Of a stretch of 64,000 nt of DNA, positions 1-9,807 are shown in pieces; positions within the stretch are counted from its first letter, which is position 1, and every line of letters begins with the position of its first letter. A program made the translations under genes and the position numbers. Under the pieces are notes generated by a model that did no database searches, had not been told where the DNA came from, and was given only the letters and a program-made list of their open reading frames with translations. Where the stretch lies: positions 21,891 through 85,890 of the forward strand of contig DIFA01000019.1 in NCBI GenBank assembly GCA_002418895.1, in the 5' to 3' direction. This stretch comes from Dehalococcoidia bacterium UBA5760. Its GTDB lineage: Bacteria; Chloroflexota; Dehalococcoidia; Dehalococcoidales; UBA5760.

Positions 1-1190
1 ATTGTCTCAACGACAATAGCCAAATCCTTGTCACCACGACCGGAAAGATTCACTACGACAAGCTGGTCTCGTGTCAAACCGGCGGCCAGTCTAGCCCCGT
101 AGTATATGGCATGGGCTGATTCCAGCGCCGGAATGATACCCTCGGTATGACAGAGAAGCCGAAAACCTTCTAGCGCCTCGACATCAGTAACCGCCACATA
201 GCTGGCCCGGCCGGTATCTTTATAGTAGCTGTGCTCAGGGCCAACCCCCGGATAGTCCAGACCAGGGGCAATGCTGTGAGTCTCTACTATCTGACCGCTA
301 CTATCCTGAAGCAGGTACGACCTGGTACCGTGCAGCACACCACTCCTGCCCGCAGACAGCGAAGCGGCGTGGCGGCCACTCTTCAGTCCGGCCCCGGCGG
401 CTTCTACGCCAATGAATTTAACCTCTTTATTGTTATAAAAGGGCGAGAACAGTCCCATAGCGTTGCTTCCCCCACCAACACAGGCAACCAGATAGTCGGG
501 AAGCCGGTTATACATAGCCCTGATCTGGGCTTTTGCTTCCCTACCGATTACCGACTGGAAGTCACGGACAATCATCGGATATGGGTGCGGACCGGCCACA
601 GTACCGAAGAGGTAGTAGGTGGTTTCGACATTGGTGACCCAATCCCGGATGGCCTCATTGATGGCATCCTTCAGAGTACGACTGCCTGATTCTACGGAGC
701 GCACCTCGGCACCCAGCAGTTTCATACGGAAGACATTAGGTGACTGGCGCTTGATATCATCTTCACCCATATAGATGATACATTTGAGGCTCAACATCGC
801 GCATACCGTAGCGGTAGCTACCCCATGCTGACCGGCACCGGTCTCGGCAATAATTCGTGTTTTCCCCATCCGTTTCGCCAGCAATCCCTGACCCAGGGCA
901 TTGTTAATCTTGTGTGCACCGGTGTGAGCCAGGTCTTCCCGTTTCAGCAAGATGACAGCGCCGCCCATCTCCGCTGACAGCTGCTCGGCCGGGTACAATG
1001 GGGTAGGCCTACCGACATAATGCCGACATAGCTGCTCAAACCGACGCTCGAAGGCAGGGTCGGCCCGGGCGCTTAGGTAGGCCTGCTCCAGTTCCCCAAG
1101 CGCCGGCATCAGTGTCTCGGGGACAAATTTCCCACCGAACTCGCCGAAGTATCCCCGTTGGTTAGGCAACTGCCTGTTATTCTCTCCCAT
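1..1190 (-). CDS. trpB: tryptophan synthase beta subunit (C-terminal end runs off the window)
   Basis: My reverse-strand translation from ATG at 1190 gives [28 protein letters not shown]..., a typical TrpB N-terminus. The frame stays open to position 1. It overlaps the trpF stop by 14 nt. It is absent from the ORF track because it is truncated by the window edge. Confidence 0.9.
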   Translation of the reverse strand, partial: MGENNRQLPNQRGYFGEFGGKFVPETLMPALGELEQAYLSARADPAFERRFEQLCRHYVGRPTPLYPAEQLSAEMGGAVILLKREDLAHTGAHKINNALGQGLLAKRMGKTRIIAETGAGQHGVATATVCAMLSLKCIIYMGEDDIKRQSPNVFRMKLLGAEVRSVESGSRTLKDAINEAIRDWVTNVETTYYLFGTVAGPHPYPMIVRDFQSVIGREAKAQIRAMYNRLPDYLVACVGGGSNAMGLFSPFYNNKEVKFIGVEAAGAGLKSGRHAASLSAGRSGVLHGTRSYLLQDSSGQIVETHSIAPGLDYPGVGPEHSYYKDTGRASYVAVTDVEALEGFRLLCHTEGIIPALESAHAIYYGARLAAGLTRDQLVVVNLSGRGDKDLAIVVET

Positions 1191-1833
1191 CGGCCCTCCT
1201 TACCGCATCGACAAAGGCTTTAATTTTAGCTACATCCTTTATTCCGGCTGATTCCACCCCGGAGGAGACATCGACACCCCATGGTGATATCATCTCAATA
1301 GCCCGGGCCACATTTTTCGGAGTGAGCCCTCCAGCGATAATTACAGGAAACTGCCGGGCTACCTCTCGAAAGAGTTTCCAATCGGAGGTTATACCTGTTC
1401 CCCCATAGCTGTCTTTAGCCAGGGAGTCAAGAAGGTAAAGGTGCCGCTGACTGGATAGCAAGCTGTCTGCACTGGCTAAAGCATCACATATTACCGCAGG
1501 ATCCTGTCCCTGGGCTACCCTCACCGCCTTAATCAATGGCCGGTTAATCTCACAGCAGTACGCCCAGGACTCATCACCGCTCAGCTGGATAAAGTCCAGA
1601 TTGCAGGCGGCAGTAGTCCTGTTCACGACAGGAGCAGGTACATTAACGAAGACTCCCACCACCTCGACCGTATTGCTACACTCCTTGACTACACTTACTA
1701 TCTCCTGTGCCTGGGATATACTTACCTGCCGCCGGCTGTGAGCAAAAACCAGCCCGACAAAATCACTGCCGGACTCGATAGCCGCCAGGGCATGCGATTT
1801 GTCAGTGATGCCGCAAATCTTGATCCGGGTCAT
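1177..1833 (-). CDS. trpF: phosphoribosylanthranilate isomerase
   Basis: 218 aa starting [10 protein letters not shown], with a TrpF-like TIM-barrel pattern. It sits between trpC and trpB in the operon. Confidence 0.9.
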   Translation of the reverse strand: MTRIKICGITDKSHALAAIESGSDFVGLVFAHSRRQVSISQAQEIVSVVKECSNTVEVVGVFVNVPAPVVNRTTAACNLDFIQLSGDESWAYCCEINRPLIKAVRVAQGQDPAVICDALASADSLLSSQRHLYLLDSLAKDSYGGTGITSDWKLFREVARQFPVIIAGGLTPKNVARAIEMISPWGVDVSSGVESAGIKDVAKIKAFVDAVRRADGRE

Positions 1834-2618
1834 AACATCAGCTCCCTTATCTTGCCTTCAACATCATTAGTGGTAACCAGAGCCTCTCCGACCAGTACTG
1901 CATCGATACCACACTTCTCCAGCCTTACCACATCAAGCCGGCTGTTGATTCCGCTCTCACTAACTACGATGGTCGGTTCAGGCAGTAACGGCCGCAGCCG
2001 GCAGGCGGTATTAATATCAACAGTAAAGTTACTCAAATCCCGATTGTTGATGCCGATAACCCGAGCCTTGGCCCGAAGGGCCCGGCTTATCTCGACCTCA
2101 TTATGGACCTCAACCAGACATCCCATACCAAAGCTGTGGCTTAAGGCAAGCAACTCATCAAGCTGCTGCTGGCTCAAGACACCTACTATTAACAACAGGG
2201 CATCAGCGCCATAAGCTGCTGACTCGTATATCTGGTAGGGGTCGAAGATAAAATCCTTTCGCAGCAGTGGTAGGTTGACCTCCATCCTGATAGCAGACAG
2301 GTGGTCGATGCTACCCCCAAAGTAGTTTGACTCGGTGAGTACCGAGATGGCTGCCGCCCCACCAGCAGCGTACTCGTTGGCCAATCTAACCGGGCTGAAA
2401 TCATTGCAGAGTACCCCGCGTGATGGTGATGATTGCTTGACCTCGGCAATCAACTGCATCCGGCTCTGATTGATGGCCGAGCCAAAATCAAGTGGCACCC
2501 GTCGTTGAGCAATCCGTTCTTCCAAAGCGAATAGGGGCATTTCCAGCTTTCTTGCCTCAAGCTCCTCTCTTTTATCGGCAACAATCATGTTAAGCACGTT
2601 ATTTACCATTGATAACAT
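1830..2618 (-). CDS. trpC: indole-3-glycerol phosphate synthase
   Basis: 262 aa with IAEVKQSSPSRG, LRKDFI and ESGI motifs typical of TrpC. It shares a 4-nt overlap with trpF. Confidence 0.9.
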   Translation of the reverse strand: MLSMVNNVLNMIVADKREELEARKLEMPLFALEERIAQRRVPLDFGSAINQSRMQLIAEVKQSSPSRGVLCNDFSPVRLANEYAAGGAAAISVLTESNYFGGSIDHLSAIRMEVNLPLLRKDFIFDPYQIYESAAYGADALLLIVGVLSQQQLDELLALSHSFGMGCLVEVHNEVEISRALRAKARVIGINNRDLSNFTVDINTACRLRPLLPEPTIVVSESGINSRLDVVRLEKCGIDAVLVGEALVTTNDVEGKIRELML

Positions 2619-3636
2619 CCCTGTCCAGACTCTGGCTTAATTGTACCAGGGCATTAAGCTTTTCCAGAGCCATACCGCTGTCGATTACCTCTTCCGCGAG
2701 GCGTGCTCCTGCCACTAGGTCTGAAGACTTTTTGCCGACAACCATGGCCGCTGCTGCATTCATAACGGCAATATTACGTCCCGCTCCACGCCCTCCACCC
2801 AGGATACGACGTATTATTTCAGCATTATCCTTAGCGGTACCCCCCTTAATCTCCTCGGAACCCGCCTCTTCAAAGCCAAAATCATTCGGAGAGACTTCAT
2901 AGGGAGATAGTACCCCTTCCGGAGTGACCTCCCGGATCAGGGTAGCACTGCTTATAGATATTTCATCCATGCCGTCATTACCATGCACTACCAGAGCATG
3001 CTTGCTACCCAGGGTATGCAGGACACGGGCTGTTTTCTCACTCAATTCTAAAGTGGGTACGCCGACAACCTGGAATTCGGCTCGGGCCGGGTTAGTCAAT
3101 GGACCCAGGATATTGAATACGGTACGGATGCCAATCTCCCGACGGGTAGCAGCAGTAACCCTCATTGAGGGGTGGAAGATAGTCGCCAGCATAAAACACA
3201 GGCCTATTCTCTCCAGACACTCGGCTACCGCCTCTGCCCCGAGGTTGATTTTAACCCCCAGTGCTTCCAGAACATCGGCACTACCACAACGACTGCTCAT
3301 TGCCCGGTTCCCGTGTTTAGCCACCTTAATCCCGGCTCCGGCTGCTATCAGAGCAGCTATCGTAGAGATATTGGCGCTTCCAAACTCATCGCCTCCCATG
3401 CCGCAGGTATCAACTACCGGGAGGACCGTCCTGACCGGTATCGCCCTATCACGCATAATACTGGCCAATCCGGCTATCTCATCTACGGTCTCTCCTTTAA
3501 CCCGCAGTGCCACGACCAGGGCGGCAATCTGCGAAGGCGTCGCATCACCATTCATTATTTCACTCATTACTGCTGAGGCCTGTTCAAAAGTGAGCGAACA
3601 GCCATCCGCAACCGTTCCGATAGCATCTCTGATCAT
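2599..3636 (-). CDS. trpD: anthranilate phosphoribosyltransferase
   Basis: 345 aa with DTCGMGGD and KHGNRA motifs characteristic of TrpD. Confidence 0.92.
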   Translation of the reverse strand: MIRDAIGTVADGCSLTFEQASAVMSEIMNGDATPSQIAALVVALRVKGETVDEIAGLASIMRDRAIPVRTVLPVVDTCGMGGDEFGSANISTIAALIAAGAGIKVAKHGNRAMSSRCGSADVLEALGVKINLGAEAVAECLERIGLCFMLATIFHPSMRVTAATRREIGIRTVFNILGPLTNPARAEFQVVGVPTLELSEKTARVLHTLGSKHALVVHGNDGMDEISISSATLIREVTPEGVLSPYEVSPNDFGFEEAGSEEIKGGTAKDNAEIIRRILGGGRGAGRNIAVMNAAAAMVVGKKSSDLVAGARLAEEVIDSGMALEKLNALVQLSQSLDRDVINGK

Positions 3637-3641
3637 TTTTC

Positions 3642-4214
3642 TTACTGCCTCACGTAGTCCAGAAAGTTTTTCAGCAGATCCTTACCTACATCAGTCATAA
3701 TAGACTCCGGGTGGAACTGGACACCCTCTACCGAGAACCGGCGATGACGCAGCCCCATAATGATACCATCCGCCGTCCGGGCGCTGACCTCAAGACAGTC
3801 GGGCAGACAATCACTCATTACCGCCAGGGAGTGATAGCGAATAGCAGGAAAGGGATTGGGCAGACCCTTGAAGATACCCCTTCCGTCGTGATAGATAAGC
3901 GAGGACTTACCGTGTTTGATTTCAGCGGCGCGGCCGATCTTAGCTCCGTAGCTGTAACCGATACACTGGTGCCCCAAACAGACACCCAGGATAGGGAGCT
4001 TGCTACCGAATTCACGGATAACCTCATTGGATATGCCGGCCTGCTCCGGAGTGCCCGGCCCCGGTGAGATAACGATACGCCGGGGTAACCTGGCATCAAT
4101 TTCCCCCAGTTTTACTCTGTCGTTACGGACTACCCATACCTCTTCTCCCAGCTCGCTCAAGTACTGGTAGAGGTTGTAGGTAAAGCTGTCGTAATTATCT
4201 ATCAAAAGCAGCAT
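3642..4214 (-). CDS. trpG: anthranilate synthase component II (glutamine amidotransferase)
   Basis: 190 aa starting MLLLIDNYDSFTYNLYQYL, with GVCLGHQ and HPES class-I GATase motifs. Confidence 0.9.
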   Translation of the reverse strand: MLLLIDNYDSFTYNLYQYLSELGEEVWVVRNDRVKLGEIDARLPRRIVISPGPGTPEQAGISNEVIREFGSKLPILGVCLGHQCIGYSYGAKIGRAAEIKHGKSSLIYHDGRGIFKGLPNPFPAIRYHSLAVMSDCLPDCLEVSARTADGIIMGLRHRRFSVEGVQFHPESIMTDVGKDLLKNFLDYVRQ

Positions 4215-5649
4215 GGCTGACCATCTCCGCCTGTTCTATCGCTGTTATTAATGCCTGGGCTTTGTTTAAACTTTCCTGGTATTCACGCTCGGGAATACTA
4301 TCGGCGACGATACCCGCGCCAGCCTGAGTATAAGCAACACCATCCTTGATAATACTGGTACGGATGTTTATGGCAGTATCCATATTGCCGGAGAAACCGA
4401 AGTATCCCACTGCACCGGCATAGGGACCCCTCTTGTCAGGTTCCAGCTCAGCGATAATCTCCATCGCCCGAACCTTAGGTGCCCCCGACACTGTCCCGGC
4501 CGGGAAACAGGCACGCAGGGCATCGAACTGGGAAAGGCCGCTCTTCAGTCTGCCTTCGACATGCGATACCAGATGCATAACGTGAGAATAGCGTTCAATA
4601 CCCATAAGCTGAGTCACCTTGACTGTACCCGGTTCGCTGACCCGCCCGATATCATTACGACCAAGGTCCACCAGCATAATATGCTCGGCACATTCCTTCT
4701 CATCACTCTTGAGGTCTTCTTCCAGGGCCAAATCCTGGGCAACATCTCTACCCCGGGGGCGGGTACCAGCAATAGGGTGGTTGGATACTATTCCGCCTTC
4801 CACCCTTACCAGTAACTCAGGAGATGCCCCCACAATGTGGCAATCACCCATTTTGAGATAGTACATATAAGGCGATGGGTTGAGAGAGCGTAGCGCCCGA
4901 TACAGTGTAAAGGGACTGGCGGTGGTCGGTCTGGCCAACCTCTGAGACAGGACTACCTGGATAATATCACCGGCACAGATGTACTCCTTAGCTCGACGCA
5001 CTCTTTCCTCAAACTCTGTTCGGGAAAGGTTTGAGGAGGCTGGAACCAGGGATTGTTCATGTGAACTAGATAAATGGTATTGAGGGCTAATCGGTTGCCT
5101 TAACCTCGCCACCAGGACATCAATTTTATTGGTTGCGTTCCGATAGGCCGCCTCAACATCGCCGTTTACATGAGCATGCGAGACCACCTTGATCTTATGG
5201 GTGAGATGATCGAAAATGAGCAGGGTGTCCGCCAGCATGAATACTGATTCTGGGAGGCCCAGTGGATCAGGCTGAGGGGAAGGTAGCTCTTCAAAGTAGC
5301 GGGCGACTTCATAGCCCAAGTAGCCGACCATCCCTCCATGAAAACGGGGCAAGCCGCTGTCAGTCGCCAGTCTGAAACGAGCGAGCTCCTTTTCGATAAG
5401 GGGTAGGGGATCAACAGCATTATTGGTCTCGGTTCTCAGAACCAAGGCGGGCTCGGTACCGATAAAGCTGTAGCGGGCTAGTTGCTCGCCACCCTCTACA
5501 CTCTCGAGTAGGAAAGAGTAATCCCCGCGAGCCACCTTAAGATAGGCAGATACCGGCGTTTCCAGATCAGCCATAATCTCACAATATACCGGTATCAGAT
5601 TACCATACCTGGCCAGTTCTCTAGCCTCATCCAGTGCAGGATAGTACAT
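4195..5649 (-). CDS. trpE: anthranilate synthase component I
   Basis: Chorismate-binding family sequence (LESVEGG..., GAPKVRAMEII, GAGIVADS). I chose the start at MYYPALDEA (ATG at 5649), preceded by GGGAGA. The longer track ORF would run into the leader terminator. Confidence 0.9.
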   Translation of the reverse strand: MYYPALDEARELARYGNLIPVYCEIMADLETPVSAYLKVARGDYSFLLESVEGGEQLARYSFIGTEPALVLRTETNNAVDPLPLIEKELARFRLATDSGLPRFHGGMVGYLGYEVARYFEELPSPQPDPLGLPESVFMLADTLLIFDHLTHKIKVVSHAHVNGDVEAAYRNATNKIDVLVARLRQPISPQYHLSSSHEQSLVPASSNLSRTEFEERVRRAKEYICAGDIIQVVLSQRLARPTTASPFTLYRALRSLNPSPYMYYLKMGDCHIVGASPELLVRVEGGIVSNHPIAGTRPRGRDVAQDLALEEDLKSDEKECAEHIMLVDLGRNDIGRVSEPGTVKVTQLMGIERYSHVMHLVSHVEGRLKSGLSQFDALRACFPAGTVSGAPKVRAMEIIAELEPDKRGPYAGAVGYFGFSGNMDTAINIRTSIIKDGVAYTQAGAGIVADSIPEREYQESLNKAQALITAIEQAEMVSHAAFDR

Positions 5650-5940
5650 ATTATCTCCCAATAAAAAAACTCCCAACCCCTACAAAGGGGCGGGAGTTCA
5701 ACTTCCACGGTGCCACCCTTCTTAGCCCTCAATCCATAATCAGAGACTAAGGACTATCTCTATCAGGTACAGAAGCAAGAATCTACCTCAATACCCTGGA
5801 ATACAATAACGCTTTCCCTGCGTCAAGACCTACTTATTGCTGAATCAGCAATTTTCAGCCTGCGGCTCCCAAATCCATTCACCCTCTGCGCCAGCACCGG
5901 CTCACACCTCACCCGGCTCTCTGAACCTCGCTTGAAGGCT
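5650..5940 (-). promoter_or_regulatory. T-box riboswitch leader, tryptophan (UGG) specifier
   Basis: The minus strand contains a GTTCAGAGAGCC stem-I element. A GAA-TGG-A specifier context has its TGG at 5877-5875. The T-box core GGGTGGCACCGTGGAAG lies at 5718-5702, immediately 5' of the terminator. Confidence 0.8.
5662..5698 (-). terminator. intrinsic terminator of the T-box leader (attenuator)
   Basis: The minus strand reads AACTCCCGCCCC-TTTGTA-GGGGTTGGGAGTT followed by a T7 run, about 12 nt upstream of the trpE start. Confidence 0.75.
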
Positions 5941-5982
5941 ACTACTCTTGTTCACAGCCTTTACAATATTCAATTGGATAGG

Positions 5983-6011
5983 ATGTTAACATAATATCAA
6001 TCATTTGTCAA
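5983..6011 (-). promoter_or_regulatory. candidate sigma70-type promoter for the T-box/trp operon
   Basis: The minus strand reads TTGACA, a 17-nt spacer, then TAACAT, just upstream of the T-box leader. Confidence 0.45.
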
Positions 6012-6128
6012 TAGCTACCCTCCTGCTTCTATCAGAGGGAAATATTACGGCTGATGCGGTTGCTTATAATATTTGGACGGGTGTGATAAAATGTACAAGG
6101 AATGGATTGGAACTCTGTTTCGCAGTCG

Positions 6129-6220
6129 GGAGGGATCGCATAGTGGTCTAGTGCGGGCGCCTGCTAAGCGCTTACCTTGGGTAACCGGGGTCGTGGGTTC
6201 GAATCCCACTCCCTCCGCCA
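6129..6220 (+). tRNA. tRNA-Ser (anticodon GCU)
   Basis: The GGAGGGA/TCCCTCC acceptor stem pairs. The anticodon loop is CTGCTAA, with a long variable arm. The T arm is GTGGGTTCGAATCCCAC, and G-CCA is encoded at the 3' end. Confidence 0.9.
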
Positions 6221-6226
6221 GATAAA

Positions 6227-6255
6227 ATGCCCCTTAGCAAGGGGCATATATTTTA
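6227..6255 (+). terminator. hairpin plus T-rich tail after tRNA-Ser
   Basis: ATGCCCCTT / AAGGGGCAT stem followed by ATATTTTAAT. Confidence 0.55.
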
Positions 6256-6272
6256 ATAACCGGTGTAAGGCT

Positions 6273-7532
6273 ATGCCTCGATATTATATCTGGACTATCG
6301 GTTGTCAGATGAACAAGGCTGAATCCGAGCGACTCGGCAGTTGCTTGGAACAGCACGGGTATCAAAGGGCGACCGCCGCCGAAAAGGCTCAACTGATTGT
6401 ACTTAATAGCTGTGTGGTAAGGCAGAGTGCGGAAAACCGGGTTATCGGCAGGCTGAACGCTCTTAAGACACTGAAAAAGTCATGCCCTGACCTTAAACTA
6501 GCGGTTACCGGCTGTTTGGTAAACTCAAAGACGGACGAACTCAAAAAGAGCTTTCCTTTCGTTGATTATTTCTTTAAGCCTGGAGAATATCCGCCATGGC
6601 TGGAGGATCCAAAACCCGGTCCGATATTACCCCGACACCCATCAACAGTCACTTTCGTCTCCATCATTCAAGGCTGTAATAATTTCTGTTCCTACTGCAT
6701 CGTTCCTTATCGTCGTGGACGGGAGAGAAGTCGCCCACTTGAAGCAATAGTAGCTGAAGTGAAAGAGCTGGTGCGCCATGGTACAAAAGAGGTGGTCCTG
6801 CTAGGACAGAACGTGGACTCATACGGGCAGGATCTTCCGGAAAAACCGCAGTTATCCGATCTACTTGGTGAGCTTAATACTGTGGATGGGCTGGTCCGCA
6901 TCCGCTTCCTGACCAACCATCCCAAGGATATGAGCCTCAGGCTCATTAATAAGATAGCCTGTCTGGATAAGATCTGCGAAGAGATAAGCCTCCCTGTGCA
7001 GTCGGGCAGTGATGATATTCTGAAAGCAATGGGACGAGGTTACACTGCAGAGCACTATCGCCGGCTCATAGAAGAAATACGCAGCAGAGTGCCGGGAGTA
7101 GCCTTAAGCACCGACGTCATTGTCGGCTTTCCCTACGAAACGGAAGAGCAGTTTCAGAAAACATTTGACCTGATCTCCGAGCTAAAGTTTGACGTAGTCC
7201 ATGTCGCTGCATATTCAGTGAGACCGGGGACTACTGCTGCCGAGAGATTTCCCGATAATGTTCCGCTGGCTGTGAAAAGAGAGCGATTGAAAAGGGTAGA
7301 AAAGCTTCAGGAAGAAATAGCGGCTGCAATTAATGCCCGGCTATTGGGTAAGACAGCTGAGGTACTGGTAGAAGGTAAGAAAAAGGGGCGGTGGTGGGGC
7401 CGGTCTCGAAGCGGTAGACTGGTCTTTTTCGATAGCAGTTGCAACTGCCTGGGACGACTGGTCAAAATAGATATTGAGAAGACAAGTCCATGGGCGCTGC
7501 AGGGTAGTATTAACACCAATCGGACTGATTAA
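6273..7532 (+). CDS. miaB: tRNA-i6A37 methylthiotransferase (radical SAM, MiaB family)
   Basis: Starts MPRYYIWTIGCQMNKAESE (UPF0004 domain), has the CNNFCSYCIVP radical-SAM CxxxCxxC motif and a C-terminal TRAM-like region. I moved the start to ATG 6273 because the track ORF start lies inside tRNA-Ser. Confidence 0.88.
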   Translation: MPRYYIWTIGCQMNKAESERLGSCLEQHGYQRATAAEKAQLIVLNSCVVRQSAENRVIGRLNALKTLKKSCPDLKLAVTGCLVNSKTDELKKSFPFVDYFFKPGEYPPWLEDPKPGPILPRHPSTVTFVSIIQGCNNFCSYCIVPYRRGRERSRPLEAIVAEVKELVRHGTKEVVLLGQNVDSYGQDLPEKPQLSDLLGELNTVDGLVRIRFLTNHPKDMSLRLINKIACLDKICEEISLPVQSGSDDILKAMGRGYTAEHYRRLIEEIRSRVPGVALSTDVIVGFPYETEEQFQKTFDLISELKFDVVHVAAYSVRPGTTAAERFPDNVPLAVKRERLKRVEKLQEEIAAAINARLLGKTAEVLVEGKKKGRWWGRSRSGRLVFFDSSCNCLGRLVKIDIEKTSPWALQGSINTNRTD

Positions 7533-7546
7533 AGCAAGGAGGGATA

Positions 7547-7807
7547 ATGGACACCAACATAATATACATAATCGCCTTTCTTTGTGTGCTTGGTTTAGTA
7601 TTCTATTTCTTCATGATCAGACCACAACGAAGGAGACAGCAGGAGCACGATGAACTGATAAATCAGTTGAAACAAGGGGACAGTGTGATCACCGCCGGCG
7701 GCATATATGGGCGGGTGGAAGATGTCGGTCAGGACAGCGTCGTCCTGAAAATAGAATCAGGGGCCACAATGAGAGTGGCTAAAAGCAGTATCGCCAGTAA
7801 AGCATAA
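7547..7807 (+). CDS. yajC: preprotein translocase subunit YajC
   Basis: 86 aa with a single N-terminal TM segment, then RPQRRRQQEH...GDSVITAGGIYGRV, typical of YajC. Confidence 0.85.
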   Translation: MDTNIIYIIAFLCVLGLVFYFFMIRPQRRRQQEHDELINQLKQGDSVITAGGIYGRVEDVGQDSVVLKIESGATMRVAKSSIASKA

Positions 7808-7888
7808 TAATAAGTACGATCCGGCATCTTTCCCTTATTCCAATGAGGCAGAGACGTACCGGCAACCGGTAACCTGATAGAGATAGCA

Positions 7889-8800
7889 ATGGATAGTGTT
7901 GATAACCTTAAAACGAAGATAGCGGAGCTGAAAGAAAAGCTAAGGGCAGTCATTGTCGCCCACAATTATCAGAGTCCCGAGATACAGGATATCGCCGATT
8001 TTACTGGCGACTCCCTGGAGTTAGCCCGCAGATGCACCGGGGTGGATGCTGAAACCATCATATTCTGTGGCGTACATTTCATGGCAGAGACAGCGGCCAT
8101 ACTTAGTCCTGAACGTACCGTCTTACTGGCTGAAGGAAGTGCCGGTTGCCCTATGGCTGATATGATTAGTGCCGATGAGCTTAAGGGTTGGAAGTTGAGA
8201 TACCCCCGGGCGTCGGTAGTCTGCTACGTAAATTCAACAGCCGGAGTCAAGGCAGAGAGTTATAGCTGTTGTACATCGGCTAATGGAGTCAAGATAGTAG
8301 ATGCGGTACCCAACGACGAGATTCTCTTTGTCCCTGACCAGAATCTGGGTCACTTTATATCCACTCAGACCAGAAAAAGGATGATTCTTTACCCCGGCTA
8401 CTGTTATGTGCACCACCGGATTAAGCCGGCGCAGGTGAAGATGGCAAGGGAGCTTTATCCCGATGCCACGCTCATCGTCCATCCAGAATGCCGACCGGAA
8501 GTAGTAGCCCTGGCTGATGCTGTCCTCAGCACCTCGCAGATGCTCCGCTATGTCAAAACAAGTTCGCAAAAGAGCTTTATCATTGGTACCGAGGAGGGAC
8601 TGCTGCATCCGCTACGTAAAGAGAACCCCGGTAAATCCTTCCATATGCTATCAAACAGCCAGGTCTGTACCGACATGAAAAAGACAACCCTGGCGACGTT
8701 AGCCGAGACGATGGAGATGAGAAGGAACAGGGTAACTGTTCCCGAGGAGATAAGGCTGAAGGCAAAGCAGGCTGTTGAGAGAATGATTGCGGTAGGGTGA
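7889..8800 (+). CDS. nadA: quinolinate synthase
   Basis: 303 aa with VAHNYQSPEIQDIADFTGDSLEL, and HPEC and Cys-ligand regions typical of NadA. Confidence 0.9.
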   Translation: MDSVDNLKTKIAELKEKLRAVIVAHNYQSPEIQDIADFTGDSLELARRCTGVDAETIIFCGVHFMAETAAILSPERTVLLAEGSAGCPMADMISADELKGWKLRYPRASVVCYVNSTAGVKAESYSCCTSANGVKIVDAVPNDEILFVPDQNLGHFISTQTRKRMILYPGYCYVHHRIKPAQVKMARELYPDATLIVHPECRPEVVALADAVLSTSQMLRYVKTSSQKSFIIGTEEGLLHPLRKENPGKSFHMLSNSQVCTDMKKTTLATLAETMEMRRNRVTVPEEIRLKAKQAVERMIAVG

Positions 8801-9717
8801 AGAAAAAGGAGCACAGGAGTGTGAGCCTGGTGAATAAATTCAGACCGTCTAATGAACAAATTGATGGCATTATTAACCTCGCCCTGGCAGAGGATATTAG
8901 TCAGGGTGATATCACCAGCGAAGCCTTGATACCAGCCAAACTTCAGGGCAAGGCAATCGTGCTGGCTAAGGAAGAAGGAACTCTGGCCGGTGGAGAAGTA
9001 GCCAGACAGGTTTTTCTCAAGGTATCCCCATCACTTAAGGTGGAGCTATTGATAGAAGATGGTATTTTGATTCATCCCGGAGATATCATAGCTACCATTT
9101 ACGGACGGGTAATAGATATCCTCAAGGCAGAACGGGTGGCTCTCAATTTCTTACAAAGGCTAAGCGGTATTGCTTCGCTTACTGCCCGCTATGTTGCCGA
9201 GACTACGGGGCTTGGAGTCAGTATCTGTGACACCCGTAAGACTACCCCCGGACTCAGGATACTGGAGAAATACGCCGTGAGTGCCGGCGGTGGCAAGAAT
9301 CACCGTTTTCATCTCGGTGACAGCATCTTGATCAAAGACAACCACCTCGCAGCACTACGCACCCAGGGAATGAGCATAAAGGATATCGTGGCTCAAGCGA
9401 GACGAAATGCCCCCGAAGGTCTGACGGTGGAGGTCGAGGCCGATACTGTTTCAGAAGCCCTGGAGGCAGTTCAAGGTGGAGCCGATACGATCCTGCTCGA
9501 TAATATGAGTCCGGATGAAATACGCCGAGCCGTGGGACTAATCCCGGGACATGTCAAGACAGAGGCCTCGGGAGGTATTACCCTGATGAACGTACGTGCC
9601 ATAGCGATGTCCGGAGTGAATACTATCTCAATCGGCGCGCTCACCCATTCAGTAAAGGCTTTGGACATCAGTCTGGAGCTTGAACCCGGGACCATCCAGC
9701 CAGTTCATACGAAATAG
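8797..9717 (+). CDS. nadC: nicotinate-nucleotide diphosphorylase (quinolinate phosphoribosyltransferase)
   Basis: ALAEDISQGDITS, ERVALNFLQRLSGIA, TRKTTPGLR and LLDNM motifs. It overlaps the nadA stop. The exact start is uncertain. Confidence 0.88.
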   Translation: MKKKEHRSVSLVNKFRPSNEQIDGIINLALAEDISQGDITSEALIPAKLQGKAIVLAKEEGTLAGGEVARQVFLKVSPSLKVELLIEDGILIHPGDIIATIYGRVIDILKAERVALNFLQRLSGIASLTARYVAETTGLGVSICDTRKTTPGLRILEKYAVSAGGGKNHRFHLGDSILIKDNHLAALRTQGMSIKDIVAQARRNAPEGLTVEVEADTVSEALEAVQGGADTILLDNMSPDEIRRAVGLIPGHVKTEASGGITLMNVRAIAMSGVNTISIGALTHSVKALDISLELEPGTIQPVHTK

Positions 9718-9807
9718 CCCGTGCCGACCTTCTTGACATGCGATATCCGGCCTTTATCTTCCCTGGCTTAAAGAGACACTGATGATTAATACTGATGGCA
9801 AGCGGCA

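Noticed and set aside
231-689. 152-aa plus-strand ORF from the track
   Set aside because: It lies entirely antisense to the well-supported trpB frame. The translation is low-complexity with no recognisable motif, a typical shadow ORF.
2924-3700. 258-aa plus-strand ORF, and other long antisense ORFs (1738-2214, 2609-2902, 3172-3576)
   Set aside because: They are antisense to trpC and trpD. The Ser/Ala/Arg/Pro-rich composition is typical of GC-rich antisense frames. The sense genes have clear family motifs.
6177-6272. N-terminal extension of the miaB ORF
   Set aside because: The extension begins inside tRNA-Ser and runs through its terminator. The MiaB homology starts at MPRYYIW (ATG 6273).
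7808-7888. NAD+ (nadA-motif) riboswitch upstream of nadA
   Set aside because: The spacer is only about 80 nt and I see no tandem bulged-stem domains. It is most likely a plain intergenic region within a yajC-nadA transcript or a simple promoter.
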